From assembly GCF_001194135.2 (NCBI RefSeq), contig NC_068983.1, forward strand, positions 7,711,481 through 7,775,480: a stretch of 64,000 bases of DNA, written 5' to 3'. Of this stretch, positions 38,319 to 51,530 are shown one piece after another. Origin of the DNA: Octopus bimaculoides (taxonomy: Eukaryota). Position 1 is the first letter of the stretch. Each line of letters starts with the position of its first letter. The translations under genes and the position numbers were made by a program. The notes under the pieces are model-generated. The model was not told the origin of the DNA and did no database searches. It saw only the letters and a program-made list of their open reading frames with translations.

Positions 38319-39047
38319 CGTATCACTACTGCATAAATCTCTCTGAGAGATTTAGAAATGTATTATTTCTAAATACAAATTCACGTGCTTATTATTTTTA
38401 TTTTGCTTACTTGTTACGAAATACTTAAAATTTCTAGTCAGTGGTAATCATGTACAGTAGTATTTCATTCTTTTCGGAAAGTGTCAGCATAATATAATCT
38501 GTTACTTGATAATTAAACATTTTATGAAGTGAGACATTTCATTAAAGGTGAAAATAATCAGTCTGGGGGAAAGTCATGGAATAGGTTTTTCTTTTTCTTT
38601 TTGTTCTTAGAGCGTTTGTAGTTTAGCAATCAAGAGAAAAGAGAGCAAGTTATTCTCCAGCATCATACACTCTGTGTGAGTCTGAAAGGTCACTATTATG
38701 TTTTTGACGTAATCATGCCTCCATTACGATGCCGGTCAGTTACTGCGTTAGTATTCTAAATATTCCATAGTCCCAAGGTAGTTTCTTGGATCGCAAAATT
38801 CTTTGTTGTTGCATATTTAGCTATTTTCTTTTGTGGAATGTTCCCAGAAACAGGAACGAGTAATGATACCGTTGGTAGGTCTAATAACACAGGACAAATT
38901 GAAATAGGACCAGATATAATTGCTGATATTACATTTGAAGGAGCAGTGTTTCGCCTGGGTCGAACAATCTAGTACTTTTGGAAGTTTGTTCCTTTCTGCC
39001 GCTATTTTCCCTGCATGTACTCCATGTATGTGCCTATAGTAGAAAGG

Positions 39048-39083
<36 letters not shown>

Positions 39084-39687
39084 GAGTGAGAGAGCGGTGC
39101 ATGCCATCAAAGTGACGCTGGGGTAAAATATACGAAGCCCAGTATACCCATCATGACTACCCATTTGATAAGGGTACACCGGGCACATGCATCACAACCA
39201 TATGTGTGCAACATAGTAATCTTATATCAAGATAAACAGCGCATGACCTCGCAGGTGGGGCCCAGTAAGAATTTTCTTCAGGTCGAGTAGCCCATCCCGC
39301 TCAAAAAGTCCCTGAATAAGGTTTGTTTAAGGATGTTGAGCAAAAGACCCATNNNNNNNNNNNNNNNNNNNNNNNNNNNNNNNNNNNNNNNNNNNNNNNN
39401 NNNNNNNNNNNNNNNNNNNNNNNNNNNNNNNNNNNNNNNNNNNNNNNNNNNNNNNNNNNNNNNNNNNNNNNNNNNNNNNNNNNNNNNNNNNNNNNNNNNN
39501 NNNNNNNNNNNNNNNNNNNNNNNNNNNNNNNNNNNNNNNNNNNNNNNNNNNNNNNNNNNNNNNNNNNNNNNNNNNTATTTGCTGTAGACCATCTTTTTAT
39601 ACCAAGACAAAACAATGTACATGATAACACTTCCAATCAATTAAGATCAGAAGCCATGAGAGCCACTGCCTGGTACTGCATCTGGGC
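39084..39687 (-). mobile_element. About 600-bp non-autonomous element flanked by (ATT)n on both sides
   Basis: (att)n at 39048-39083 and 39688-39715 bracket a non-repetitive GC-richer body (partly gapped). Confidence 0.55.
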
Positions 39688-41400
39688 ATTTATTATTATT
39701 ATTATTATTATTATTAGTGGAAAGAAGGCGTCGAGCTTGCCGAATCGTTAGCACGCCGGACAAAATGCTAAGTGGAATTTGGTCCACCTTCATTGTTTTT
39801 GGTTTTCGTTGCTCTTATTGCTGATTCTGCTGTCGTTACTGTAATTATTGGGTTTTTCGTCCAGTATTAGCACTTTCGTTTCTTTAATAATGACTCTATA
39901 AAATTTTACTACAATCGGTCCGCTCGTACGTGTGTGTGTGAGTGTTTTTGTTATTGCGTATGTACCCCACCCCCAATCGCTTGTTCACCGGTGTTGGTTT
40001 GTCTACGTTCTCGTAAGTTAGCAGTTTTTGGCAAAAGTGACCGACAGAAAAAGTAATAAGTTTAAAATAATAAGTACTGAGTTTAGCAAAAGAGACCGAT
40101 AAAATAAGTACCACGCTTAAAAAAAAAACATAAAGACTACTAGGGTCGATTCGTTTGACTAAAATTCCTGAAGGAGGTGTCTCAGCATGGTCGCAGTCTA
40201 ATGATTGAAGCAAGCAAAAGATAAAAGATAAGAGATTTTGTTTTGATAAATCAGAGATTACAGCTCTAATTCTTCTGAATCTAGTTTCTTTAGCTTTTTT
40301 TTTCTTTTATTCAGTCGAGAGATGGCAAAGGCGACTATATCATCATTGAATTGCTCAATGTTTCGCATGACTGGTAATTGTTGCGTTGTAGATGTACTGT
40401 TATTTCTGCAGCGATAACAAGACGAATACTGTAGTCTCTGATGTTATATCGTTTATCAGAAAACTGGTTTTTACACAGTGGCAAACAGCAAACCTGAAGG
40501 AAAACGGCTGACTAAAAAAAAAACAAAAAAACACACAAGTGACGTAGTTAGTGTTACCGTAGTGATAACTGTATGTTAGAGGACAGATTGAAATCTTTCC
40601 CTTCTTTAATCAGATCTTGCTTGCATGTTTGAAAGTCATCATTGGAAGGCTAAATCGTCGCTGATCGATCAGAAATTGTTCAAGTGGTGCGTCACCAATC
40701 GTAAGCACGTCGAACATCGAGGTCATCAGTTGTGGGGTACACACGCACACTTCTCTCTCTCTCTCTCTCTCTCATACACACACACACACTGACAAAAACA
40801 CACCCCAACAAAACACACACACATATATTTATATTTGGCGAGTGTTTGGTTACCCTTATTTTCTTCCCTTTCCACAATATTTCTTAGAACCCTTAATTTG
40901 CTTATTTTCAACCACTAGTAAACATTTGGCTTTCTCAGACAAATTATTCTGCTTAGAACGTTATATCTCTCTAGATTCTTTTGTGGCTTCCAGTCATTGT
41001 TTAGAACCTACAGTGGAATCATCATGATGAGTTTCTGTCGATTATATCGACCATAGTACATAGTTCAACCGGGTACTGATTTTAACGATGTCTTTATCAA
41101 ATGCCTTAGTTACGTTAATTAAGACGTAAGCACAGACACAAACTCCCCCTCACATAAACACAAATAGATGAAATAAATTTCTTTTTATGGTGATTCGAGT
41201 TTCACGTAATTGTGATCTTAAAGCGAGAACTATTTTTCTTGTGGTGTCATACACGTTTTATACACATTTGAACAGGTTCATTCTTTAGTCTATAGCTATC
41301 CGCTTCATTGGCTGGTTTTCAATGTTGTTATGCTATAGTTCTATAGGAAAGTTGGTTATGCATCATTAGATGTATACCTGACTTTCCTATATAAAATTAA

Positions 41401-41703
41401 TGAATATATAACGGAACGCTGAACTCCAGACCATCAACTTAAACAACACTTTATTCAGGTGGTAAATATATACATCTTTAGTTCTTGTTGTTACAGCTTC
41501 TGTGTGTATGAGCATAGTTGTTGGGACGTTGTTATGTAGGTGTAAGCGAGCTGTCGAGTGTAAGTCCGAAAGATGGAGAGTGACAACTAAACACGTCCAT
41601 GCTCTATTGCTGGCCAGCAAGAAAGAGAATGAATTGAGCGGGAACTCTTGGTTGTTTAATTCTACGCATGCGTGAGACTACGCATGCACACGGCGTTACT
41701 ACA
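41401..41703 (-). mobile_element. Possible solo LTR
   Basis: On the minus strand it starts TGTAGTAACG, ends ...CGTTATATATTCA and contains AATAAA. No clean target-site duplication. Confidence 0.3.
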
Positions 41704-42418
41704 GTTCTTTTTAGAGTATCGACTTTGGCTGACGTAGTTTCATTTGTCAGTTTATTGTTTATAGAATATTTTCCTGGGCTCTCCTGTTACTGTTCTTCTG
41801 TAGTTTTGTTGCTTTGATTTTTGTTTCTATTTATAGCTGTGATTTAGCGTTCTATTTCCGATATCCTGCTTTTTCTGACTTCTGCTAAGTTGCTTCATAT
41901 CCTGTTGATCAATATTTTTTTTTGTTCGGCATTTATTTTCTTGACACATAAATTGCATTTTTTGAAACTATTTCCAGTTTTTTTTATTGCCTATTGCTCG
42001 CTGGTCACTAGTTACGTTATTTCTGATGTCCTATTTATTTCACTTCAGTTATTTCATATTCATCCAAGTGTTATGTTTATCATAGATTATTTGTCCAACG
42101 TTGTTTCTTCAATTGGTATAGTTATCTGGTTGCTTGTTATAGTTCAAAGTTCCACTTTTGTTTTTATTGAAATACTATTCTGGGCCTTTATATAGCTATT
42201 TCATTGTGTATGTATGTCTTTTTCTTCTTCTTTCCCACTCATTTGACTGCAGCCGTCACGCTGGGGCGCCGTCTTAAAGAATTTTAGTTGAACAAATCAA
42301 CTCCAGTTTTTAAGCCCGGTACTTTTTCTATCAGTTTCCTTTGTCGAACCGCTGAGTTACGCGGACGTAAATACACCAACGCCAGTTGCCAAGCGGTTGT
42401 AGTGGGTAAACAGAGATA

Positions 42419-42460
<42 letters not shown>

Positions 42461-42997
42461 CATACATGCGTGCACACATACATACACGACAGGCTTCTTT
42501 TAGTTTCCGTCTACCAAATCCACTTACGATACTTCGGTCGGCCCAAAGTGCCACACAGTGAGACTGAATCTGGAACCATGTTGTTGGGAAGCAAACTTCT
42601 TACCATACAGCAACACCACACACAAAAGCAACTCCCTAACACACGTTATATTTAATCAGCAAGTGTCACAGAGGGACTCAAGAGCTAAGAGCTTCGTCCA
42701 TTTGCAATTATCAAGATGAAATGCCCTTGAGTTATTCTATAACTTTTGTCAATTAAATAAAAAAAAATATCTATATACTTATGTTTTGAGATCTATTTTA
42801 CTGTGTATAACCAAACACATGCACATACACGCAGACACATATGTATATGCACACTGCATTCACTTTTCAGACAAGAAAAAATTTGTACTGGAGGTTTAAA
42901 ACTTGAAAATTGGGTAGCTTGCGTGCAATACTCACAAGTTACACCAGAATGTCCATCTCCTAGACAAATATTCTGACATATATATATATATACACAC

Positions 42998-43046
<49 letters not shown>

Positions 43047-43082
43047 CATACGTACGTATGTATGTACGTATGTATGTATACA

Positions 43083-43352
43083 TACACAAGGTGCATTCCA
43101 GAAGCTTTGAGATTTTTTCAGAAGAAACATTTGTTAATTTCAAAACAATAAAAAAAAACCCAAAAACAACTCCGATTTCCTTCCAAGTAGGATCCCCTAA
43201 TTTCAATGCACTTGAAGTAGCGCTCCAACCACTTCGTAAAGGTCTCATAGAAGTCCTCCAAAATGAAGGTACCCAACACAATTGTCATAGCATCCTTCAT
43301 TTTCTCAATGTCTTCAAAACACCTGCCCTTGAGGTTCTCCTTCAGTTTAGGG
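43083..43352 (-). mobile_element. Mariner 3' end fragment
   Basis: KLKENLKGRCFEDIEKMK...WLERYFKCIEIRGSYLEGN followed by a TIR-like end and TA. Confidence 0.75.
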
Positions 43353-44176
43353 AACAGTGTCTGGACAGTAGGGATGGTGAGGGAAAGTTTTGGTTCCTAT
43401 CTCTGTCAAATAGTTGGTTACCTGGATGGCATGGTAGACTGGTACATTATCCTGGTGCCGGTGACACCGACCCAAATGGAAATCAGTTCGTCAAAAGAGA
43501 CCGATAGAACAAGTATTAGCTTTAAAAAATAAACGTTGTTGTCGATTCTTTCGACTAAAAACCCTTCAAGGTGGTTTTCCAACATGACCGCCGTCCAATG
43601 ACCGTCCAAATAAAAGCAGTTATATATATATATATGTGTGTGTGTGTGTATAGATTAGAGACAGATATTCTCTGTATAGAATATACATCGTAGTACTCAA
43701 GAGATTTGAACTTGAGCAGGTAGAGAAGTAAATGTAAGGACAAACAAGTTAGGAAAGTCGATATACAAAGAATATAAAATACATTTAGTACAAAAAACGT
43801 ACATACGTACACAGATAAAAACGTTCGACTTACACAGAATGGAAACGATATCACAAATTAATGGGCTTGAGTAGGAGTTTTACGAGCCCAACAGCTGTTT
43901 CTGGAGGCTTGGTGGTCCGAAATAATGGTTATAACTTGATTCCATCATCGGATACCACCAGCCTCCGTCTTCAAGGAAGAAGTTTACATTTTAAGTGTTG
44001 ACAAAACGGCGTTTAAAGATGGCATCCTACTCAACCCCCTTAATCCCGGATATTGTTTCCATTCTGCGTAAGTTGGATTTTTTAAATATGTAAACATATG
44101 TATATATATTTTAAAATTGTGTTTAGTATTTTTTGTATCTCGACTTGCCTAACTTGTTTGTCCTTACATTTACACC

Positions 44177-44208
<32 letters not shown>

Positions 44209-44228
44209 TGTGTTTGTCTGTCTATCTC

Positions 44229-44293
<65 letters not shown>

Positions 44294-44470
44294 TAATACA
44301 CATACATATATGTGTTCGTGCGTAAGCATATGCATGTATCATACACATATATATCACACACACACGGATATATTTTTTTGAATACTTGCAAATAGATACT
44401 GCATAAATCACACATATTTTGTTATACATCCTAACATGGACATGTTATACTTGTAATATATATATACATA

Positions 44471-44693
44471 CAGGGCGTCTATAAATTACCTTTACAATAT
44501 GAAAAATTCAGAAAAAAAAGATAAAGATAACTTTGAGTTCACAGGAAAACATAGAGAAACAATGTTTAATTAGTGACGTCAGAGCACATCCACGTGGGCT
44601 TCAATGCTTACACGCAACCTGCTTAGTTAACCATGTTTGTCTTTTTTTTTTTCTGTAATTTTCAAATTGTAAAGGTAATTTATGGACATCCTG
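44471..44693. mobile_element. Tc1/mariner MITE (about 223 bp)
   Basis: 28-bp TIRs cagggcgtctataaattacctttacaat and attgtaaaggtaatttatggacatcctg (3 mismatches), with TA on both sides. Confidence 0.9.
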
Positions 44694-45150
44694 TATATCA
44701 TGCATATTCATTTAAGGACATCTCGATGGATTTAAATTTCTGATAGTTTCCATTTGTATAACTACAATTTTTTTTTCTCCCAATAAATTCTGGTTTGCTT
44801 TATAATGAGAGTACTTGATCGTGTTTGTATGGTGAATGTGATAAATGGTTTGTTAAGAGGACAAAAATGTCTCAAATGATTAGGCAGCTAACCAAAGATG
44901 TTAATTAGATCAATATGATTTAATATAAAAGAAGCTATTAGTAGCAAATGTGTAGAGAGCACTTACGTGTTCCTAATTGTTTTCCACAGAAAAAAAAAGA
45001 GCATAAGCAGATGTGCATGTTTGTCTGGCTGTCTGATTGTATGTATGTACGTTCGTAGGTACGTACGTACGTGTGTGTGTATGTATGTATGTATGCGTGC
45101 ATGTATGTATGCATGTATGTATGCGTGCATGAATGCATGTATCTATGCAT

Positions 45151-45243
45151 TTGACCGTTGACTGAACACTATTCAATTTTTTTTCTCCGTGTTTTTCTCC
45201 TTGTCTCCGTATTCTTTCTGTTGAAGAGCGTAGCTCGAAACGT
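45151..45243 (+). mobile_element. Penelope-like remnant carrying the variant hammerhead (copy 2, cut by an N-gap)
   Basis: Identical to 4528-4620. Ends ...ctgttgaagagcgtagctcgaaacgt and then N. Confidence 0.5.
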
Positions 45244-46149
45244 NNNNNNNNNNNNNNNNNNNNNNNNNNNNNNNNNNNNNNNNNNNNNNNNNNNNNNNNN
45301 NNNNNNNNNNNNNNNNNNNNNNNNNNNNNNNNNNNNNNNNNNNNNNNNNNNNNNNNNNNNNNNNNNNNNNNNNNNNNNNNNNNNNNNNNNNNNNNNNNNN
45401 NNNNNNNNNNNNNNNNNNNNNNNNNNNNNNNNNNNNNNNNNNNNNNNNNNNNNNNNNNNNNNNNNNNNNNNNNNNNNNNNNNNNNNNNNNNNNNNNNNNN
45501 NNNNNNNNNNNNNNNNNNNNNNNNNNNNNNNNNNNNNNNNNNNNNNNNNNNNNNNNNNNNNNNNNNNNNNNNNNNNNNNNNNNNNNNNNNNNNNNNNNNN
45601 NNNNNNNNNNNNNNNNNNNNNNNNNNNNNNNNNNNNNNNNNNNNNNNNNNNNNNNNNNNNNNNNNNNNNNNNNNNNNNNNNNNNNNNNNNNNNNNNNNNN
45701 NNNNNNNNNNNNNNNNNNNNNNNNNNNNNNNNNNNNNNNNNNNNNNNNNNNNNNNNNNNNNNNNNNNNNNNNNNNNNNNNNNNNNNNNNNNNNNNNNNNN
45801 NNNNNNNNNNNNNNNNNNNNNNNNNNNNNNNNNNNNNNNNNNNNNNNNNNNNNNNNNNNNNNNNNNNNNNNNNNNNNNNNNNNNNNNNNNNNNNNTAGAT
45901 AGGGAAATGCTGGAAAACCGGAGAATGAAAAAGAAAGCAAAAGTAGGGTGGGTGGATAGGTAATTTAGAATTATTTCCCTTTAAATCGCAAAATATAAAA
46001 CTCAAAAGATAGTGGCCTCGAGCATTGGTTGGAAATTGAGAAACGTTTTAAAATATTCATTTTGTGTTGTAAACTCTGTTTTTCACTTTTTTTCTGTCTC
46101 TCTTCACTCTGTTGGCATTTTGTTTCATCATAGTGTAGATATTTTTACC

Positions 46150-46492
46150 CACTATGATGGTACATACCTTTGCCCCTCTGTTCCAAACAACAATATCCAG
46201 CCTGTTTTGTCTAAATTTGACTAAAGTTTTGATCGGAATATTCCACCAGTATTTCTAGAGTTGGTGTTTATGAATGTATTCCATAACAGAGGGATTTTCC
46301 AAGTTTATTTCAGGACAGTCTTTTTTTATGGATGATAATGTAAATTGTTTTAGCAACATCGTGTCGCATAGGGAGGTAGTACCGTGACGACATTTTAGGA
46401 CATCTGCTTATCAAATGTGTGCTGTCTTCCAAGGAAACATGACATAGCCGACACATGTGGTTGCACCTTGGGATTACAAGAGTGTCATTGTC
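46150..46492 (-). mobile_element. R4/Dong-like (REL endonuclease) non-LTR fragment
   Basis: CRLCHVSLEDSTHLISRC (CCHC knuckle), RYYLPMRHDVAK, then WWNIPIKT..QNRLDIVVW (PD-like motif). Confidence 0.75.
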
Positions 46493-46519
46493 TCTCTTGT
46501 ATGTATGTATGTATGTATG

Positions 46520-46553
<34 letters not shown>

Positions 46554-46649
46554 TGTATGTATGAATGTATGTATGTATGTGTGTGAGTGTGTATGTATGT
46601 ATATGTTTGACATAGTATAAGCATCTTGTGAGAAAAATTAGGCATAAGA

Positions 46650-47130
46650 GGAATCAGATGTGGTGTGCGAGAGAGACGACTGCGTTGGTATGGTCATGTG
46701 ATGCGTATGGACGAGAACAACTGTGTAAAGAAGTGCTGATCTCTAACTGTGGAGGGAACCTGTGGTAGAGGTAGACCCAGGAAGACATGGGACAAGGTGG
46801 CAAAGCATGACCTTCGAACTTTGAACCTCATGGAGGCAATGACTAGTGACCGAGACCTTTGGCATTATGTCATGCTTGAGAAGAAGACCCATCAAGCTGA
46901 GCAAAATCACAGTCGTGGCAGATATCGGGGTCACACAAATAGCACCTGTGCCAGTGGCATGTAAAAGCACCCATTACATTCTCAGAGTGGTTGGCATTAG
47001 GAAGGGCATCCAACCATAGAAAACCATGCCAAATCAGACTGGAGCCTGGCACAGCCTTCCAGCGTGCCGTCCCAGTCAAACTGTCCAACTCATGCCAGCA
47101 TGGACAACAGACGTTAAATGATGATGATGA
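46650..47130 (+). mobile_element. 5'-truncated RTE LINE 3' end with (GAT)n tail
   Basis: RERRLRWYGHVMRM...GRGRPRKTWDKVAKHDLRTL, then the 3' UTR (ggaagggcatcc) and ttaaatgatgatgat. Confidence 0.85.
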
Positions 47131-47397
47131 TATATATATATATATATATATATGCATGCACAGACACTCACAATATACTTCTTTAATTTTCTGTCTACCA
47201 AATCCACTCTACTCACAAGTTTTTGCTTGGTGTGACATTATAGCTGAAGACACTTGTCCAAGGTGTCATGCATATGTAAATATTTATATCCCATGAAATT
47301 AATCCTAACCTTTTTTTTTTAATGTAAAAGGATTCATGAAGCCATAACATGTTTACAATGCTTTCTTTATGTCTATTTTTTTTCTCTCTCTCTCAAG

Positions 47398-47644
47398 GAT
47401 ACAAATAAGGCAATGCCTTTAAAAACAGATGAAGAACTTCTTTCAGAATATCGCGAAGATAAATATCAAAAGTTTACAGAACATGAAGCTTGTTGGAGCC
47501 TGAACGCTCGTGGTCCCATGGGGGAAACAGCTTTGCACATTTGTTTCCTTCTAAATACTCCGGTTCACATACAAATAGCACATATTATGATTGAAATTTA
47601 CCCCAAACTGGTTCTCGATGTCTATGAAGGAACTGAATATTTTG
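47398..47644 (+). CDS. iav: TRPV coding exon 2 (DTNKAMP...EACWSLNARGPMGETALHICFLL...YPKLVLDVYEGTEYF), ankyrin repeat start
   Basis: Acceptor tctcaag|gat, donor g|gtattt. 247 nt, phase 0 to 1. RGxxGETALH ankyrin motif. Confidence 0.95.
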
Positions 47645-49437
47645 GTATTTCAAATGTCTTTTATTTCAACATTTCACTCTTTGCTCTACTAGCTAGCTGT
47701 TGTTTATATTGTTATTGTTGTTGTTGACGATGATGATATTTTTGTTGTTGTTGTTACTTAGCTCCAGTAGTTGAACTGATCTGTTCTGTATTCAAGGCTA
47801 TTTCTATCCACGATCGTTTCCTCTTTTATGTTTTGTTTTTGTTTTTAGGCATTAAGTATCAAGGAATATATTATTCAATGTGTTTGTTTGTTATTTTATC
47901 TTTTAAAATGGTAAGGTATGCTTTGAAGGGAAATATGGTTTACTATTTCTGTATGGGCTCCCTGGCTAATTATTTACTCTGCTCGTCAGTTCTCTGAAAA
48001 TAATTGACTGGTAATAGTATCCATGTATATATATATATATATAGGTAGAGACAGATAGCCTGGGATATAAAAATAGATAGATTGATATACAGAGAGANNN
48101 NNNNNNNAGATAAAAGAGAGGAAAAGGTTTGTCAGATGTTCATTTCATGGATTCATTTCATTCAGCATTCACTTGTCCATGCTGGCATGGGTTGGACGGT
48201 TTGACCAGGGTTGGTAAGCTAAGGGGCTGCACCAGACTCCAGTCTGATTTAACATGGTTTCTACGGCTGGATGCCCTTCCTAATACCAACCACTCCAAGA
48301 GTGTAATGGGTGCTTTTACGTGCCACTGGCGAGGGTGCCATTTGTGTGACACCAGTATCTGTCAGTTACAGGTTTCACTCGGCTTGATAGATTTTCCCTT
48401 CTTAAGCACTGTATAAGGCCAAAGTCTTGGTCACTTGTCATTGCTTCCGTAGATCAAATACAGTGAAGGAATTCCAACCATGTTTTGAGGTTCACTACCT
48501 CCATAGCTCCTTTATAGGATTCAAAAGCCAAGGACATCATCAGGAGGAACCATGTCTGGTTTTGGCCCCTACCCCTCTACCGTTTTCAACATGGCACCCC
48601 CACCGCTCTCAGATGTGTCTTCAGCTCTGGTGTTAAGTGCATTTTTTTCTTTTTCTATGGCTTTTTGTTCTTTGGTTTCTTTGATACAGTGTTGATGAAT
48701 ATCAGCAGGCGAATGTCCACCATGGCAAATTTCCCTTTAAATACTCACTGGGTAGCCTCCAGCAGCCAGGGTCAGCTAACTGTCACATGACACAATCCAT
48801 GCTTCAGCTGACCAATGGGGGAAAAGTGCATGTAGTTTTGGTCTGCACCCTCTCTTGACCCACCTTCCGACAGAGCCATGCTAGATTCAGCTCCAGCAGC
48901 CAGAGTCGATTAGCCAACTATTATACTAAAATATAATTAAAGCCAGAAAGATATATAGAAAATTTTCAGCTCAACCTTCTAATGTGTAGAATCTAAAAGA
49001 ATCCAAGTGGGAACACAAGTTCCACCGTCTCAACTCTACTTAATCAAGATGAGTGTGGAAGTAGCATTCTTACTAAAAAATATATTCATAGGTTTCAAAT
49101 TTTGACACGAGGCCAGCAATTGTTGGGGAGGGGGCCAGTCGATTACATCAACCCCATTGCTCAATTGCTACTTATTTTACTGGCCCTGAAAGGATGAAAG
49201 GCAAAGTCAACCTCAGTGGAATTTGAACTCAGAACATAGAGGCAGATAAAATGCCACTAGATATTTCGTCTGGTATACTAACAATTCTGCCAGCTCCCAT
49301 AAATATAGAAAAGAAGTTTCAGTTTTTAGTAAATTTTTTATAAAATATTTCGTTTGATAGTCTAAGCATAAGACACAGTCCCACACTCACATGATCTCAT
49401 TTAAAATATGTTTTATTTTTGTTTTTCTCCTGACCAG

Positions 49438-49593
49438 GTGAAAGTTGCTTACACATTGCTGTTGTTAATGGTAACCTAAAATCTGTTCGGTTTTTGATTT
49501 CCAAAAACATAAATGTTAACCAGAGAGCAACAGGTATATTTTTCTTACCTGCTGATCAAGTAGGATGGCGCAAAAAAGAAACTGATTTTAAAG
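49438..49593 (+). CDS. iav: TRPV coding exon 3 (GESCLHIAVVNGN...VNQRATGIFFLPADQ...TDFK)
   Basis: Acceptor gaccag|gt, donor aaag|gtaatt. 156 nt, phase 1 to 1. QRAxGxFFLP is typical of TRPV ankyrin finger regions. Confidence 0.95.
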
Positions 49594-50372
49594 GTAATTA
49601 ATTGACTTCTAGTGTAGTCTTTTTGTATTGCCTTCATTTTTTTCTTCCGTTTGATCATGGCTGTGTGGTTAAGAAGCACACTCACTTATCAGCTGCATGG
49701 GTTTGGGTTCAGTTCCAGTGTGTGAGACCTTGGGCAAGTGTCTTTTACTATAACCCTTGATTGACCAATACCTTGTGAATGAATTTGGTAGATGGAAGGT
49801 GTGTGGAAGCCCGTTGTATATATGTGTGTGTGTGAGTGTGTGTGTGTGTGTATGTGTGTGTGTCTGAGATTGTTTTTGTCTCCTGTGTGGTAAGAAACTT
49901 GCTTCCCAACCACATGGTTCTGGGTTTAGTACCACTGCATGGCACCTTGGGCAAGTGTCTTCTACTATAGTCCCGGGCAGGCCAAAGCCTTGTGAGTGGA
50001 TTTGGTAGATGGAAACTGAAAGAAGACTATTATGTGTGTGTGTGTGTCTGCGGGTCTTCTTTCAGTTTCCGTCTACCAAATCAACTCACAAGGCTTTGGT
50101 CGGCCCAAGGCTATAGTAGAAGACACTTGCCCAAGATGTCACGGAGTAGGTCCGAACCCGAAACCATGTGGTTGGTAAGGAAGCTATTTAACCACACAGC
50201 CACTCCAGCCTAAACTTTTCAAGGCGGTGCTCCAGTATGGTCATAGTCCAAAGACTGAAACAAGTAAAAGATAAAAAGTAAAATGAACACTGAAAATTAA
50301 GAGTGGAAAATGTGTTTTTTTCTTCTTTTGGAAATTCCTTTTCTCCTTTCTGCTTCTCCATCTTTCTTTTAG

Positions 50373-50527
50373 GGTTGGCTCACTATGGGGAATACCCGCT
50401 TGCATTCGCTGCCTGCCATGAACACTATGAGATTTACGACTACCTCATGAATTATGGTGCTAACCCAAACTTTCAAGATAGTTTTGGTAATACAGTGTTG
50501 CACTTGGTTGTTATTACTAACAGAGTG
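50373..50527 (+). CDS. iav: TRPV coding exon 4 (GLAHYGEYPLAFAACH...GANPNFQDSFGNTVLHLVVITNRV)
   Basis: Acceptor cttttag|gg, donor gtg|gtaagt. 155 nt, phase 1 to 0. GEYPLxFAAC and QDSFGNTVLH are TRPV hallmarks. Confidence 0.97.
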
Positions 50528-51049
50528 GTAAGTAATTTTAGCGTCAGTAATTTTGTAGAATTTAGGCTAATTGATTAATTGATTGGTTAAATGGTTAATG
50601 AAATGGTAAATAAGATAAAATTAAGAAGTAAAATGGAATCAGTGTGTGAGGTGATTGGCATTAGGAAAAATGCCAAAGGAGACCCTGGGGCTCAGTGCTT
50701 CTCTGTGGCTTGTTGGATCCTGTCAGACTGTCCAATCCATACTAATTAGGAAAACTGACTTGAAATAATGATGATGGAGATGATGATGGAGTTGATGATG
50801 ATTGTGGAGATGATGATGATGATGGTGGAGTTGATGATGATGATGATGGTGGAGATGATGATGATAATGATGATGATGACAATGACGATAATGATGATGA
50901 TGAGAATGACGATGATGACAACGACGATGACGATGAACCTCTTGATAGACAACAGAATACATTTCTAACACATGAGTTCGCATTCAGAATCTTGCAAACC
51001 AAGCACAGAAATGGAAATGGATTAATTCTAATTCTTCTGTTGTTTGCAG

Positions 51050-51193
51050 GACTTTTATAAATATGCTGTGAAGCATATGACCATTCCTGGAGACACAACA
51101 ATTACCAATATCTATGATCTAACACCTCTTGCTCTGGCCTGTAAACTAGGACGACCAGAAATATTTCATGTGATGCTTGAATTAAGTGCAATC
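51050..51193 (+). CDS. iav: TRPV coding exon 5 (DFYKYAVKH...DLTPLALACKLGRPEIFHVMLELSAI)
   Basis: Acceptor tttgcag|gac, donor atc|gtaagt. 144 nt, phase 0 to 0. LTPLxLACKLGR ankyrin 6 motif. Confidence 0.96.
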
Positions 51194-51209
51194 GTAAGTA
51201 GAACAGTCA

Positions 51210-51242
<33 letters not shown>

Positions 51243-51484
51243 TGGATGTATGTATGTATGTATGTATGGATGGATGGATGCATGAATGTATGTATGGATG
51301 GATGGATGGTTGGATGTATGGATGGATAGATGGATGGATGTATATGTGTGTACATATGTGTCTGTGTATAAGTATCTATATGTATATACATCTAGAAACA
51401 TATACATGGGTGTGTGTAGAGAGAGAAATAGAGAGATACATTGATGCACATATCTATATCAACAAATCCATCTATAAATTTCTC

Positions 51485-51530
<46 letters not shown>

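Noticed and set aside
40715-40735. Other CTGATGA/TCATCAG hits (about 11251, 18122, 26855, 40724, 48537) as hammerheads
   Set aside because: None has stem II followed by GAAA and a matching stem I.
41890-42195. Hydrophobic 101-aa plus-strand ORF as a membrane protein or extra TRPV exon
   Set aside because: It reflects T-rich composition, probably the antisense of an A-rich decayed LINE. The channel frame is complete without it.
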